64,000 nt of DNA from Verrucomicrobia bacterium UBA2281 (lineage in GTDB: Bacteria; Verrucomicrobiota; Kiritimatiellia; CAIQIC01; Lenti-01). The notes beneath the pieces were generated by a model. The model saw nothing but the letters and a program-made list of their open reading frames with translations. It was not told the DNA's origin and did not search any database. The position numbers and the translations under genes were made by a program. The stretch is from positions 140,971 through 204,970 of the forward strand of contig DDWR01000024.1 of the NCBI GenBank assembly GCA_002347655.1, read 5' to 3'. Below, one piece after another: positions 34,309-43,740 of this stretch (within the stretch, counting starts at the first letter, position 1; every line of letters starts with the position of its first letter).

Positions 34309-35376
34309 ATGCACACATCGACCTCGTGGCTGGCCGCCTTCCTCTTTGTGGCCGGAACCCTGCCCGCCCTCCGGGCGGACGCGCCGCCGCTGTTTTCCCC
34401 GGACCCGCCCGAACCGGCCGCCGCCGCGCTCGTCGCCGCCTACCTGCCGCTGCTGGCGGCGGGCCAGTACGAACCGGCCCTCCAACTGGTCGATCTGCGC
34501 GGCATGCGGCAATATCTGCTCGACCGGCGCCTGGCCGACCTCCGGAAGAACAATCCGGAACTCACCGAGCCGGAACTCCAGGACATTTCCGCCCAGCTGC
34601 AAGTCGGCGACCTCAATCCCGTCCGGCTCCAAACCATCCTGACGGACATGCTCCGGGATGCCGCCTACGACGGCCTGACCTGGACCGTCGCCGGGTACGC
34701 CCCCGCTCCCACCGGCACCGGCTATCTCGTCCGCATCGATGGCCGCACGCCCGCGGGCCGGGAAAAACCCGTCCTGCTCGGCATCAAGAAACTGGGCGAG
34801 GACTGGCGCGTCGCCCCCGAAATCGTCGAGGAACTGGGCCGCAAGTCCGTCGTGGCCGCCACCCAGCCCGTGCCGCCGCCCCCGGCCGTGGCCGCCGCCG
34901 TGGACGCCTTCTGGACGCGGTGGCAAGCGGGCGATCTCGACGAAGCCTATGCCATGCACGGCCCCGAATACCGCCAGAAGGTGCCCCTGCTGGTCTTCCT
35001 GCAGCAAGCGCAGGAACTGACCGCCCAGATCGGCGCCCCGACCTCGTGGAGCATCGTCCAGTGCCGGCCCATCGCGCCCGCCACCCTCGGACTCGGCGTC
35101 GAGATCCAGGGAACGGCCGCCTCCCGGCCCACCATCATGATCTTCCGCAAACAAGGCGAAACCTGGGTGCTGGTGGACAGCCAAACCCGCATGCCGACGG
35201 CCGGCGACGCGCAACCGGCCGGATCCGCGGCGCCGGCCCGCCCCTTCCAAACCGATCTGCGGCCCGATCTGAAGCCCGCCCCCGCCGCCGCGGATTCCGC
35301 GCCGGCCCCGGCGCCGTCCGCCGCCCGCCCCGCGCCCGCCCAGCCGGACGCCCCCGTCGGCCCCGACGTCCCATGA
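34309..35376 (+). CDS. Secreted hypothetical protein with a Pro/Ala-rich C-terminal tail
   Basis: Signal peptide MHTSTSWLAAFLFVAGTLPALRA. No recognisable domain. The stop overlaps the next gene (ATGA). Confidence 0.65.
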   Translation: MHTSTSWLAAFLFVAGTLPALRADAPPLFSPDPPEPAAAALVAAYLPLLAAGQYEPALQLVDLRGMRQYLLDRRLADLRKNNPELTEPELQDISAQLQVGDLNPVRLQTILTDMLRDAAYDGLTWTVAGYAPAPTGTGYLVRIDGRTPAGREKPVLLGIKKLGEDWRVAPEIVEELGRKSVVAATQPVPPPPAVAAAVDAFWTRWQAGDLDEAYAMHGPEYRQKVPLLVFLQQAQELTAQIGAPTSWSIVQCRPIAPATLGLGVEIQGTAASRPTIMIFRKQGETWVLVDSQTRMPTAGDAQPAGSAAPARPFQTDLRPDLKPAPAAADSAPAPAPSAARPAPAQPDAPVGPDVP

Positions 35377-36875
35377 ACGCCGCCGCCGCCGAACCCGCCC
35401 GCCCCCCGTTTTCCGCCCACGGAAAGCGGCTGGGCGTGTTCGTCATCTCCTACAACGCCGAAAAGCTCATCCAGGACACCCTGCGGCGCATTCCGGACGA
35501 CGTCTGGCGCGCGGTGGAAGTCGTCTACGTCGTGGACGACTGCAGCATGGACGAAACCACCCGCCAGGCGCTGGACTATCCCGATCCCCACGGCAAGCTG
35601 AAAATCTTCCGCAACCGCGTCAACCGGCGCTACGGCGGCAACCAGAAATTCGGCTACCAGTACGCCATCGACCGCGGCCTCGACGCCGTCGTCATGCTCC
35701 ACGGCGACGGCCAGTACGCGCCGGAAATGCTGCCGGACCTGTTCGGCCCGCTGGTGGCGGGCGAAGCCGAGGTCGTCATCGGCTCGCGCATGATCCACCG
35801 CCGCGACGCGCTCCAAGGCGGCATGCCGAAATACAAGTTCGTCGCCAACATCTTCCTGACCTGGGCCGAAAACCTCCTCAGCGGCCTGCGCCTGTCCGAA
35901 TTCCATTCCGGCTACCGGGCCTATGCCACCGCCTTCCTGCGGCGCGTGCCGCTGTGGGACAACAGCGACGAATGGCACTTCGACACCCACATCCTCTTCC
36001 AGGCCCGCCAGGCCGGCGCCGCCATCCGCGAAATCCCCATTCCCACCCGCTACGGCGACGAGGTCTGCCACGTCAACGGCATCGCCTACGGCCTCAACTG
36101 CCTCCAAAGCGCCCTCCTCTTCCGTTTGCACCGCTGGGGCCTGATCCGCCTGAACCGCTACGACATCGCCCCGCGCGCGCTGGTCGAGGCCCGCAAGCTC
36201 GACGATCCCTATTCCTCCCACTCCATCATCCTGCGCCGCCTGCGCCGGATGAAGCTCGCCGGCGTCCAGGTGCTCGACCTCGGCTTCGGCTGCGCCGCCA
36301 TCGCTTCCGCGCTCCGGCCGGACGGCGCCGTCCTCGACGGCATCGAGCGCGATCCGCGGGCCGGCGCCGAATCCGGCGCCCTGTTCCGGCGGGTTTTCCC
36401 CAACGACCTGAACCGGCTGGACGACGTGCCCCTGGCCGGCAAATACGACGTCATTCTCGCCGCCGACGTCCTGCAGTTCCTGGTGGATCCCGCCGATTTC
36501 CTGTCCCGCCTGAAAAAGCACCTCGTCAAGGGCGGCCTGCTGGTCGTGGCCCTGCCCAACGTGGTCAACGTCCAGACCCGCCTGCGCGTGCTCTGCGGAC
36601 GCTTCCCGCTCCACCACCGCGGCATCCTGGAAGAACAGGCCCTGCATTTCTACACCCTCGACGGCATGCGCCGGCTGCTGGTCCGCGCCGGCTGGCAGGT
36701 GGAAGCGACGGACGTCACGTCCTTTCCCCTGACCTTGGTCTTTCCGTTCCTCCGCCGCCGGCGCTGGCGCCTGCCGCTGTGGATCTGCCGCGGCTTGACC
36801 CTCCTGTTCAAAGGCCTGTTCGCCTACCAGGGCGTGCTGTTCTGCAAGAACCCGAACGAAGCCGACCTGCTGTAA
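35373..36875 (+). CDS. Bifunctional glycosyltransferase family 2 / class I SAM-dependent methyltransferase fusion protein
   Basis: N-terminal GT2 (VFVISYNAEKLIQ...VVYVVDDCSMDET...LHGDGQY). C-terminal MTase-like motif (VLDLGFGCAAIASAL...DVILAADVLQFL). Confidence 0.75.
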   Translation: MNAAAAEPARPPFSAHGKRLGVFVISYNAEKLIQDTLRRIPDDVWRAVEVVYVVDDCSMDETTRQALDYPDPHGKLKIFRNRVNRRYGGNQKFGYQYAIDRGLDAVVMLHGDGQYAPEMLPDLFGPLVAGEAEVVIGSRMIHRRDALQGGMPKYKFVANIFLTWAENLLSGLRLSEFHSGYRAYATAFLRRVPLWDNSDEWHFDTHILFQARQAGAAIREIPIPTRYGDEVCHVNGIAYGLNCLQSALLFRLHRWGLIRLNRYDIAPRALVEARKLDDPYSSHSIILRRLRRMKLAGVQVLDLGFGCAAIASALRPDGAVLDGIERDPRAGAESGALFRRVFPNDLNRLDDVPLAGKYDVILAADVLQFLVDPADFLSRLKKHLVKGGLLVVALPNVVNVQTRLRVLCGRFPLHHRGILEEQALHFYTLDGMRRLLVRAGWQVEATDVTSFPLTLVFPFLRRRRWRLPLWICRGLTLLFKGLFAYQGVLFCKNPNEADLL

Positions 36876-36903
36876 ACGGCGGCGCGCCGCCCGCCGCGCG
36901 CAC

Positions 36904-37536
36904 TCAGGCGCCCGCGGCGCCCTGAAACGTCGGCTCAACCCCGAATTCGTCCGCGAGGACCTCCACCAGCTCCGTCAGCGGCAGCCCCACCACGTTGGTG
37001 TAGGAGCCGCGAATCTGCCGGATCATGTAGGCCGCCCGCCCCTGGATCGCGTAGGCCCCCGCCTTGTCCATCGGCTCGCCGCTGCGGATATAGGCGTCGA
37101 TCTCCGCGTCCGCCAGTTCCTTGAATTCCACGTCCGTGGAAACGGCTTGCGCGCGCACGGCCGGCGCGCCCGCGCGGTCCGGGCCCCGCACGCAAAAACC
37201 CGTGACGACTTGGTGGACCTGCCCGCTCAGGGATCGCAGCATTTCGTGCGCGTCGTTGGCGGACCGCGGCTTTTCCATGATCCGCCCGCGCAGCACCACG
37301 ACCGTGTCCGCCGCGATCACCACCGCGCCCGGCGCAACGCGCCCCGCGACGTCCGCGGACTTTTCCCGCGCGTTGCGCAGGACGTAGTCCGTCGGACCTT
37401 CCCCCGGCCGCGCCTTTTCTTCCGTGGCCGGCGTGACGACCTCGAAATGGTAGCCCAGCTGATGCAGGAATCCGCGCCGCCGGGGGCTGGCGCTCGCCAG
37501 CACCACAGACCGGGTTCCGCTGTTCGTCGTGTCCAT
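36904..37536 (-). CDS. maf: Maf-like nucleoside triphosphate pyrophosphatase
   Basis: VLASASPRRRGFL...IAADTVV...DKAGAYAIQG. Confidence 0.85.
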   Translation of the reverse strand: MDTTNSGTRSVVLASASPRRRGFLHQLGYHFEVVTPATEEKARPGEGPTDYVLRNAREKSADVAGRVAPGAVVIAADTVVVLRGRIMEKPRSANDAHEMLRSLSGQVHQVVTGFCVRGPDRAGAPAVRAQAVSTDVEFKELADAEIDAYIRSGEPMDKAGAYAIQGRAAYMIRQIRGSYTNVVGLPLTELVEVLADEFGVEPTFQGAAGA

Positions 37537-37570
37537 GCAAGTTCTCCGCTGTTCCGGCGCGGCGGCCGCG

Positions 37571-38785
37571 TCAGGCGTCGTCGCGCGGACAATTCCGCTT
37601 CTGGTCCCAGTAGGGCGACATGTTGCGCAGGTTCGCCACCACCTTGGGGAAAATTTCCGCGATCCGCTTCACTTCCGCTTCCGTCGTGTAGGCGCTGAAA
37701 CTCAGCCGCACGGACCCGTGCATGGCCGTGAACGGCACGCCCATCGCCTTCAAAACGTGGCTGGGCTCCAGCGAGCCGCTCGAACAGGCGCTGCCCGTGC
37801 TCGCGCAGACGCCGTAGCCGTTCAGTTCGTAGAGGATGCTTTCGCCCTCGATGAAATGGCACGCCATGTTCAGCGTGTTCGGCGTGCGCTCCGCGCCGCG
37901 GCCGTTGATCTCCACGTAAGGCACCGTCCGCAGGATTTCTTCCTCGAGCCAATCGCGCATTTTTCCGATCCGGAGCATGTCCGGCGCGTGTTCCCGCGCC
38001 AGTTCGCACGCGCGCGCCAAGCCCACGACGTAGGGCACGTTTTCGGTGCCGCCGCGCCGCCCGGCTTCCTGGTGCCCGCCGAGCAGGTACGGCCGCAGGG
38101 GCGTCCCGCGCCGGACGTACAGCGCGCCCACGCCCTTCGGCGCATGCATCTTGTGGCCCGAAAACGACAGCAAATCCACGTGCGCCAGCTCGCCGACGAG
38201 ATCCAGCGGCAACTTGCCCGCCGTCTGCGTCGCGTCCGTGTGGAACACGATGCCCGGATCGGTTTCCTTCGCGATCCGCGCCCACTCGCCCACGGGCCAA
38301 ACCACGCCGGTCTCGTTGTTCGCGTGCATCAACGTCACCAGCAGGGTATCCGGCCGCAACGCCCGCACGTAGTCGGCCACGGCGATTTGGCCCTGCCGGT
38401 CCACCGGCAGGATCGTCACCTCGTGGCCGCGGCGCTGCAGCTCGCGGCAGACTTCCAGCACCGCCGGATGCTCCACCGCGCTCGTCACGACGTGTTTCCG
38501 CTTCGGGTTCGCCGCCGCCACGCCGAAGATCGCCGCGTTGTTGCTCTCCGTCGCGCAGGAGGTGAACAGCACTTCCGAGGGCTCGACGCCGCCGAGAAAG
38601 GCCGCGACGGTCTTCCGCGCGGCCTTGAGCGCCCCGGCCACCTTCAGCGCCGGCTCGTACATGGAACTCGGATTGAAGAATTCCGGCCCGAAATAGGGTT
38701 GCATCGCGGCGACCACTTCCGGCGCCACGGGGGTCGTCGCGTTGTTGTCGGCGAAAATCAGCGGAGTATCGCTCATGGCGGCCAT
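37571..38785 (-). CDS. nifS: Cysteine desulfurase (NifS/IscS class)
   Basis: PLP-lysine motif SFSGHKMHAPKGVGALY and active-site Cys loop STGSACSSGS. Confidence 0.9.
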   Translation of the reverse strand: MAAMSDTPLIFADNNATTPVAPEVVAAMQPYFGPEFFNPSSMYEPALKVAGALKAARKTVAAFLGGVEPSEVLFTSCATESNNAAIFGVAAANPKRKHVVTSAVEHPAVLEVCRELQRRGHEVTILPVDRQGQIAVADYVRALRPDTLLVTLMHANNETGVVWPVGEWARIAKETDPGIVFHTDATQTAGKLPLDLVGELAHVDLLSFSGHKMHAPKGVGALYVRRGTPLRPYLLGGHQEAGRRGGTENVPYVVGLARACELAREHAPDMLRIGKMRDWLEEEILRTVPYVEINGRGAERTPNTLNMACHFIEGESILYELNGYGVCASTGSACSSGSLEPSHVLKAMGVPFTAMHGSVRLSFSAYTTEAEVKRIAEIFPKVVANLRNMSPYWDQKRNCPRDDA

Positions 38786-38789
38786 TCGA

Positions 38790-39728
38790 TCAGACGGGGA
38801 TCACCTGGATCCGCTCGTCCACCTGGTCCTTCAGCGTCCGCTCCACGATGAGCTGGAGCGTGCGGGACGCCCCCGCGCAGCCCGCGCACATCCCGCGCAG
38901 CGCGCAGTAGACCTTCCAGTCCTTGATGTCCACCAGTTCGATGTCGCCGCCGTCGCCCTTCAGCACCGGCCGCACCGTCTCGTCGATGATCTTCTCGATC
39001 TTGCGGTAGAGCTGGAACGGCGAAGGCCCGGCGGCCTCGACGGGTTCCGCGGCGACGGTCGTGGGCGCCGGCTCGCCGGTGCCCCAGGTCTCGTTGAGGA
39101 TGTCCTGCAGGCCGCCCGGCGCGTAGCGGCAGGCGCCGCACATGCCGCCGGCTTTCAGCGCCGAGACGATGTCGTCGATCGTCCGCAGGTTCAGTTCCTT
39201 GATCTTGCGCCGCAGGTAGGGTTCGGTGATGCCGAAGCATTTGCAGACCACGCGGCCATCGTCATCCGCCGTCTCGCCGGTGAGCTTCACGCCTTGCACC
39301 GCCAGATCCACGCCGCGCTTCTGGGCCCAATCCGCCACGGCCGCTTCGAGCGCCTCGGCGCCCATCACGGAACAATGGATCTTCTGCTGCGGCAGGCCTT
39401 CGAGGAAATCCACGATGTCCTTGTTCTGGATCTTCAGCGCCTGGATGGGCGTCAAGTTGTGGCCTTCGATCAGCGCGCACAGCGCTTCCGACGCCGCGAT
39501 GGCCGACGTGCAGCCGAACGTCAGGTATTTGGCCTCGACGATGACGTCCTTCAGCGGATCCGCGTTCTTCTCCACGCGGAAGGTGAACTTCAGCGCGTCG
39601 CCGCAGACGATCGACCCGTGCTGGCCCACGCCGTCGGCGTTTTCGATCTCGCCCAGATGCGTGCCGGGCTTGCCCTGCACCGCATCCATGAAAATCCGCT
39701 TCGTTTTTTCGCTGTATTCCCAAGCCAT
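38790..39728 (-). CDS. nifU: Fe-S cluster assembly scaffold NifU (three-domain)
   Basis: N-terminal IscU-like (GSIVCGDALKF...FGCTSAIAAS), central ferredoxin-like Cys cluster, and a C-terminal NifU domain. ATG at 39728 with RBS. Confidence 0.85.
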   Translation of the reverse strand: MAWEYSEKTKRIFMDAVQGKPGTHLGEIENADGVGQHGSIVCGDALKFTFRVEKNADPLKDVIVEAKYLTFGCTSAIAASEALCALIEGHNLTPIQALKIQNKDIVDFLEGLPQQKIHCSVMGAEALEAAVADWAQKRGVDLAVQGVKLTGETADDDGRVVCKCFGITEPYLRRKIKELNLRTIDDIVSALKAGGMCGACRYAPGGLQDILNETWGTGEPAPTTVAAEPVEAAGPSPFQLYRKIEKIIDETVRPVLKGDGGDIELVDIKDWKVYCALRGMCAGCAGASRTLQLIVERTLKDQVDERIQVIPV

Positions 39729-39817
39729 GCTTCCTTCTTTCCAGTCGGAGGAAGATACGCCCATTCGGCTAAAAATCAACTGCCGGAGCACTTTCCCCCA
39801 TCCGCCTGCCATTTTCC

Positions 39818-39845
39818 GACTTCATTGTTTACAAAACATGAAGTC
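39818..39845. promoter_or_regulatory. Candidate operator palindrome GACTTCAT-N12-ATGAAGTC in the divergent nifU/regulator intergenic region
   Basis: 8-bp perfect inverted repeat flanking TGTTTACAAAAC, read from the sequence. Confidence 0.4.
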
Positions 39846-39903
39846 AGTTGTTGTAACGATTGAAACCGTGCGATAGAAGTGGGTGCGGGAAAAGAGGCTC
39901 CGC

Positions 39904-40473
39904 ATGCAAAACCTGAACCCGACCCTTTGGCGCACCTGCAAAATGTTGGCGGGGCAAACGCGCATCCGACTGCTGAGGCAACTCTTCAGCCATCCGGGAG
40001 AATGCGTTTCCGCGCTGGGGAAACGGGCGGAAATCAAGGTGTCCGCCGCAAGCCAGGAGCTGCGCCGGATTCAATCGCGCGGCTTGCTGCAGGCGGAACG
40101 GCGGGGCGTTCATCTGATCTATCGCCTGGCCGCCGATCCGCAGGTGTCTTCCGCTGCCCCGCTTCTGAAAGCGATCCAAACGGCCTGCGCCACTCTTCCC
40201 CCGGAAAGAGACGGGGAAATGGCCGTCATTGCCGCCGGCTTGGCACATGAACGGCGCATCCGCATCGTCCGCGCTCTTCTGGGGGGAAGCCTTTCAAAGT
40301 CGGCCCTGCAATGCGCCGTGCGCATTCCCGACCATCCCTTCCACGCCCACGTGGACACGCTGCTGGAGAGCGGTTTCGTGATCCGCTCCCATAATCGCCT
40401 GCACGTCGCCGTTCCCGACCATCCTTTGGCCAAGGCTCTGGCCAAACTCCTCCGGCAAGGCGCGGCCCGTTGA
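39904..40473 (+). CDS. Transcriptional regulator with duplicated ArsR/SmtB-like winged-HTH domains
   Basis: Two wHTH-like halves (RIRLLRQLFSHPGECVSALGKRAEIKVSAASQELRRIQSRGLL and RIRIVRALLGGSLSKSALQCAVRIP...). Divergent from nifUS. Confidence 0.6.
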   Translation: MQNLNPTLWRTCKMLAGQTRIRLLRQLFSHPGECVSALGKRAEIKVSAASQELRRIQSRGLLQAERRGVHLIYRLAADPQVSSAAPLLKAIQTACATLPPERDGEMAVIAAGLAHERRIRIVRALLGGSLSKSALQCAVRIPDHPFHAHVDTLLESGFVIRSHNRLHVAVPDHPLAKALAKLLRQGAAR

Positions 40474-40474
40474 T

Positions 40475-41194
40475 TTACCCCTGGTCCTCCAGCCGCCGGC
40501 CATGGCGGAGGATTTTCCAGCCCTTGGCGACCAGCCGCTTGAAAAACGGCGGACAATCGCCCACGTGGCTGATCACCAGGGCCCGGTTCACGTACCGGAA
40601 GTCGCATTTCGCGCTCATCCGCTTCCAGAGGTCGTAGTCGTCGAAATAATCGGTCGGGTCCCAGCCCCCCACCTCTTCGATCAGCGACTTCTGGTGCACG
40701 ACGTTGGCCGTGTTGATGAAATTGTAGCGCAGCAGTTTTTCCCGGCTCCACCGGTGCAGCCACGGCTGGAAGGGATTCCCGAAAATGCGCCGGCCCGTCG
40801 CCTTGTCGCGGTACTGGCACCGGCAGTAGAACACCGGCTGCTCCGGATGCCGCGCAACTTCGCCCATCATGGCGCGCAGGAAGTCCGGATGGTACTCGTC
40901 GTCGTCGTCCAAGTAGGCGATGTACGGCGCCCGGGCCATCTGGAACACGCCGTGGTTCTTGGCGATCGCGCCGTGCGCGACCGGCGGCGACTTCTCGGGC
41001 AAATTGAAAAACCGCAGCCGCGGATCGCCGAACGACTTGACGACGGCTTCGCTGTCGTCGGGCGTGCAGTCGCCCACGATGCACATTTCCCAGGCGGAAA
41101 AATCCCGCTGGGCCAGGACGGACCGGATCGCGCGCGCCAGGACCGCCGAGCGGTTGTAGGTGCTCGTGACGATGCTGACCCGGGGCGCGTCCAC
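40475..41194 (-). CDS. Glycosyltransferase family 2
   Basis: VSIVTSTYNRSAVLARAIRSVLAQ...YIAYLDDDDEY (DxD). Confidence 0.85.
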   Translation of the reverse strand: MDAPRVSIVTSTYNRSAVLARAIRSVLAQRDFSAWEMCIVGDCTPDDSEAVVKSFGDPRLRFFNLPEKSPPVAHGAIAKNHGVFQMARAPYIAYLDDDDEYHPDFLRAMMGEVARHPEQPVFYCRCQYRDKATGRRIFGNPFQPWLHRWSREKLLRYNFINTANVVHQKSLIEEVGGWDPTDYFDDYDLWKRMSAKCDFRYVNRALVISHVGDCPPFFKRLVAKGWKILRHGRRLEDQG

Positions 41195-41207
41195 GTTCCC
41201 TCCGCCG

Positions 41208-41621
41208 CTACAGCGCCTGCAGGACCGCCAGGGCCGCGTCCACGTCCGACGGCACCAGCACCAGGCCTTTTTCGTTGCCCGGCCCGCCGGACGAATAGCC
41301 GTATTCGATGTTCAGGTTGTGCGCCGCCAGGGCTTCCAGCATCCGCGCCAGCTCGCCGGGCTCGTTGGCCACCTGGATCAGCAGCACGTCGCGCGCCGCC
41401 ACCAGTTCGCCCGAATCCTCCACCAGTTGCCGAGCCTTCTCGGTGTCGTCCACGATCAGCCGCGCGTAGCCGTGGCCTTCCGTGTCCGCCAGCGTCAGGC
41501 CGTAGATGTTGACGCCATGCTTGCCCAGGAACGTTGCCAGCGCGGAGAGCGTCCCCTTGCGGTTGTCGATGTACACCGTGAGCTGCGTGCCCTTGGCGAA
41601 AACGATTTTCGATCCAGCCAT
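41208..41621 (-). CDS. ACT-domain protein (tandem ACT)
   Basis: 137 aa with ACT-like bab folds (LTVYIDNRKGTLSALATFLGKHGVNI, LLIQVANEPGELARMLEALAAHNLNI). ATG at 41621 with a GAGGAGG RBS. The longer frame is an artefact. Confidence 0.7.
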   Translation of the reverse strand: MAGSKIVFAKGTQLTVYIDNRKGTLSALATFLGKHGVNIYGLTLADTEGHGYARLIVDDTEKARQLVEDSGELVAARDVLLIQVANEPGELARMLEALAAHNLNIEYGYSSGGPGNEKGLVLVPSDVDAALAVLQAL

Positions 41622-41631
41622 GCGCGCCTCC

Positions 41632-42894
41632 TCAGAAAACCAGGCCGGCTTGCGCCAGCCGGCGGCCCAGTTCTTCCAGCACGCGCGCGTCGTCCGCCCG
41701 CCCGGCCGACTCGAACGTCGCGCCGAAGCGCAGATAGGCGCCCGCATCGTCCCACGGCACCGTCGAGATGCAGTGCTCCTTGATCAGGAACTGCGAGGCT
41801 TCCTCCGCGTTGGCGAACGTCCGCCCGCCCGCGGCGCCCTTCGGCGCCGGCACGTAGAGGTAGAACGTCCCGCCCGGCATCTTCGCCTTGAAGCCCGCGC
41901 CCTTGAGCACCTTCACCAGCCCGCGCAGGCGCTTCTGGTAGTGCGCGCGGATCTTTTCGGACAGCCGGACGTCGGCGATGCCCGCGCAGGCCGCCATCTG
42001 GATGGCCTTGAACTGGCCGCTGTCGACGTTGTCCTTCACTTCGGCCACGGCGGCCACCGTCCGCACCGCGCCGGCCACGAAGCCCAGGCGCCAGCCGGTC
42101 ATGTTGTAGCTCTTGCTCATGGAGTGCAGCTCGATCGCCGCCTCCTTGCCGCCCAGCCGCGATAAAATCGACAGGCGCGGGCGCCCGTAGATCAGCGTCG
42201 CATAGGCCGCGTCCTGCACGATCAGGATGTTGTGCCGCTGCGCGAAAGCGATCAGCTCGTCGAAAAAGGCTTCCGTCGCCGCCGTGCCCGTCGGGTTGTT
42301 CGGATAGTTGACGTAGAACAGCTTGACCCGCGAGAGGTCCGTTTGCTCCAGCGCCTTCAGGTCCGGGAAAAAGCCGTTCTTCGCCAGCAGCGGCACCGGG
42401 ATCACCGTTCCGCCCAGATACTTCGTGTGCGTGGCCATGACCGGATAGCCCGGGATCGTCGCCAGCACCGCGTCGCCGGGATTCACGAAGCACAGCGGCA
42501 GCATCGCCAGCGCCGGCTTGGAGCCGATCGTGTGGTTGATTTCCGTCGCCGGGTCCAGGTCCGTCACCCCGAAGAAATCGGCCATGTACTTCGCCGCCGC
42601 CGCCTTGAATTCCGCGATGCCGTTGTCCGCGTAGCCGCGGTTCGCCGGATCGTCCACCGCCTTCTTCAGCGCCTGCCGGATCGCCCGGGGCGCCATCTGG
42701 TCCGGCTCGCCCACGCCGAAATCGAGCATTTCCACGTCCGGATGGGCTTCCTTGGCCGCCCGCTTGGCGCGCTTGATCTTCTCGAACTTGTAGATCGCCG
42801 TGCTCTGCCCGAACTGCGCCCCGCCGATCCGCTCCGCAAACAGTTTCTGGATGTCCATCGCTTCCTGCCTTTCGAAATCGCATGGATTATTCAT
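41632..42894 (-). CDS. dapL: LL-diaminopimelate aminotransferase (DapL, PLP aminotransferase class I)
   Basis: FGQSTAIYKFEKIKRAKR..., NPTGTAATEAFFDEL, and the PLP lysine in SMSKSYNMTGWRLGF. An alternative start lies at 42858. Confidence 0.75.
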   Translation of the reverse strand: MNNPCDFERQEAMDIQKLFAERIGGAQFGQSTAIYKFEKIKRAKRAAKEAHPDVEMLDFGVGEPDQMAPRAIRQALKKAVDDPANRGYADNGIAEFKAAAAKYMADFFGVTDLDPATEINHTIGSKPALAMLPLCFVNPGDAVLATIPGYPVMATHTKYLGGTVIPVPLLAKNGFFPDLKALEQTDLSRVKLFYVNYPNNPTGTAATEAFFDELIAFAQRHNILIVQDAAYATLIYGRPRLSILSRLGGKEAAIELHSMSKSYNMTGWRLGFVAGAVRTVAAVAEVKDNVDSGQFKAIQMAACAGIADVRLSEKIRAHYQKRLRGLVKVLKGAGFKAKMPGGTFYLYVPAPKGAAGGRTFANAEEASQFLIKEHCISTVPWDDAGAYLRFGATFESAGRADDARVLEELGRRLAQAGLVF

Positions 42895-43025
42895 GGCCCG
42901 CCTCGTTTGTCCAACGCTTTCCGCCGCGGTCGCCGTCCCGCCCGAATTTTAGCATTGTCTTCCCCCACCCTTTTGTGGCATCTACCAAGCCTTATTGTTC
43001 GTTTTCCCACCGATAGGAGCCCCGC

Positions 43026-43664
43026 ATGAATGTTTTGCACGTGATCGCCAACCCCCGCCCCGCGGAAACGTCTTCCTCCAAGAAGCTGGCCTTCGAGTTT
43101 TTCGCGGCCTTGACCGAGAAGAATCCCGACGTGGTGGTCAACAACGTCGATCTCTACCAGAACAAGCCCCCCTACGTGAGCGCCGAGGCCCTCAACTACT
43201 TCTGGGGCCCCGTCGCCAATCCCGCCTACATCCCCTCCAAAGCCGAGGAAACCGCCGCCAACTTCTCCAACAACAACGCCCAGGCCCTGATGGACGCCGA
43301 CGTCCTCGTGCTGACGATGCCCGTCTGGCTCAACAGCATGCCCGCCATCCTGAAGGCTTGGCTCGACCAGGTCCTCGTGCCCGGCAAGATGTTCGAGTTC
43401 GGCGCCGAAGGCCTCGTGCCCACCCACCACCTCCGCACCGTCGTCCTGCTCGTCTCCTCCGACCAGGTCTACAAGGAAGGCGACGTCCGCGACGGCCTCA
43501 CCCCCGCCCTCCGCGCCATCTTCGCCTATATCGGCGTCGAGGACCTCCAGATCGCCTGGGCCGACGGCCAGGACGCCTCCCGCCACTTCGATTCCGAGCA
43601 GCGCCGCGAAATGGCCGTCGAAGCCGCCAAGGAAATCGCCGAGGAAATCGCCGAAATGGCGTAG
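43026..43664 (+). CDS. FMN-dependent NADH-azoreductase / flavodoxin-like quinone reductase
   Basis: MNVLHVIANPRPAETSSSKKLAFEFF... flavodoxin_2 fold. Confidence 0.75.
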   Translation: MNVLHVIANPRPAETSSSKKLAFEFFAALTEKNPDVVVNNVDLYQNKPPYVSAEALNYFWGPVANPAYIPSKAEETAANFSNNNAQALMDADVLVLTMPVWLNSMPAILKAWLDQVLVPGKMFEFGAEGLVPTHHLRTVVLLVSSDQVYKEGDVRDGLTPALRAIFAYIGVEDLQIAWADGQDASRHFDSEQRREMAVEAAKEIAEEIAEMA

Positions 43665-43684
43665 CCCGCCCCCGCCCTCCCTCC

Positions 43685-43714
43685 GCTCCGCCGTTCCCGG
43701 CGGAGCGTTTTTTT
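43685..43714 (+). terminator. Rho-independent terminator (GCTCCGCCG-ttcc-CGGCGGAGC-g-TTTTTTT)
   Basis: Perfect 9-bp stem followed by seven T, after the azoreductase-like gene. Confidence 0.8.
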
Positions 43715-43740
43715 GTGCCCGCAGCCCCCCCGCGGGGCGG

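Noticed and set aside
34065-36938. 936-aa ORF 34065..36875 and antisense 663-aa ORF 34947..36938
   Set aside because: The 936-aa frame reads through the potA upstream region and fuses two real genes in different frames. The true genes are 34309..35376 and 35373..36875, overlapping by ATGA. The antisense ORF has no features.
40119-41512. ORFs 40119..41084(-) and 40502..41512(+) overlapping the GT2 gene
   Set aside because: Low-complexity alternative frames. The 40475..41194 frame has an unambiguous GT2 N-terminus and a DDD motif.
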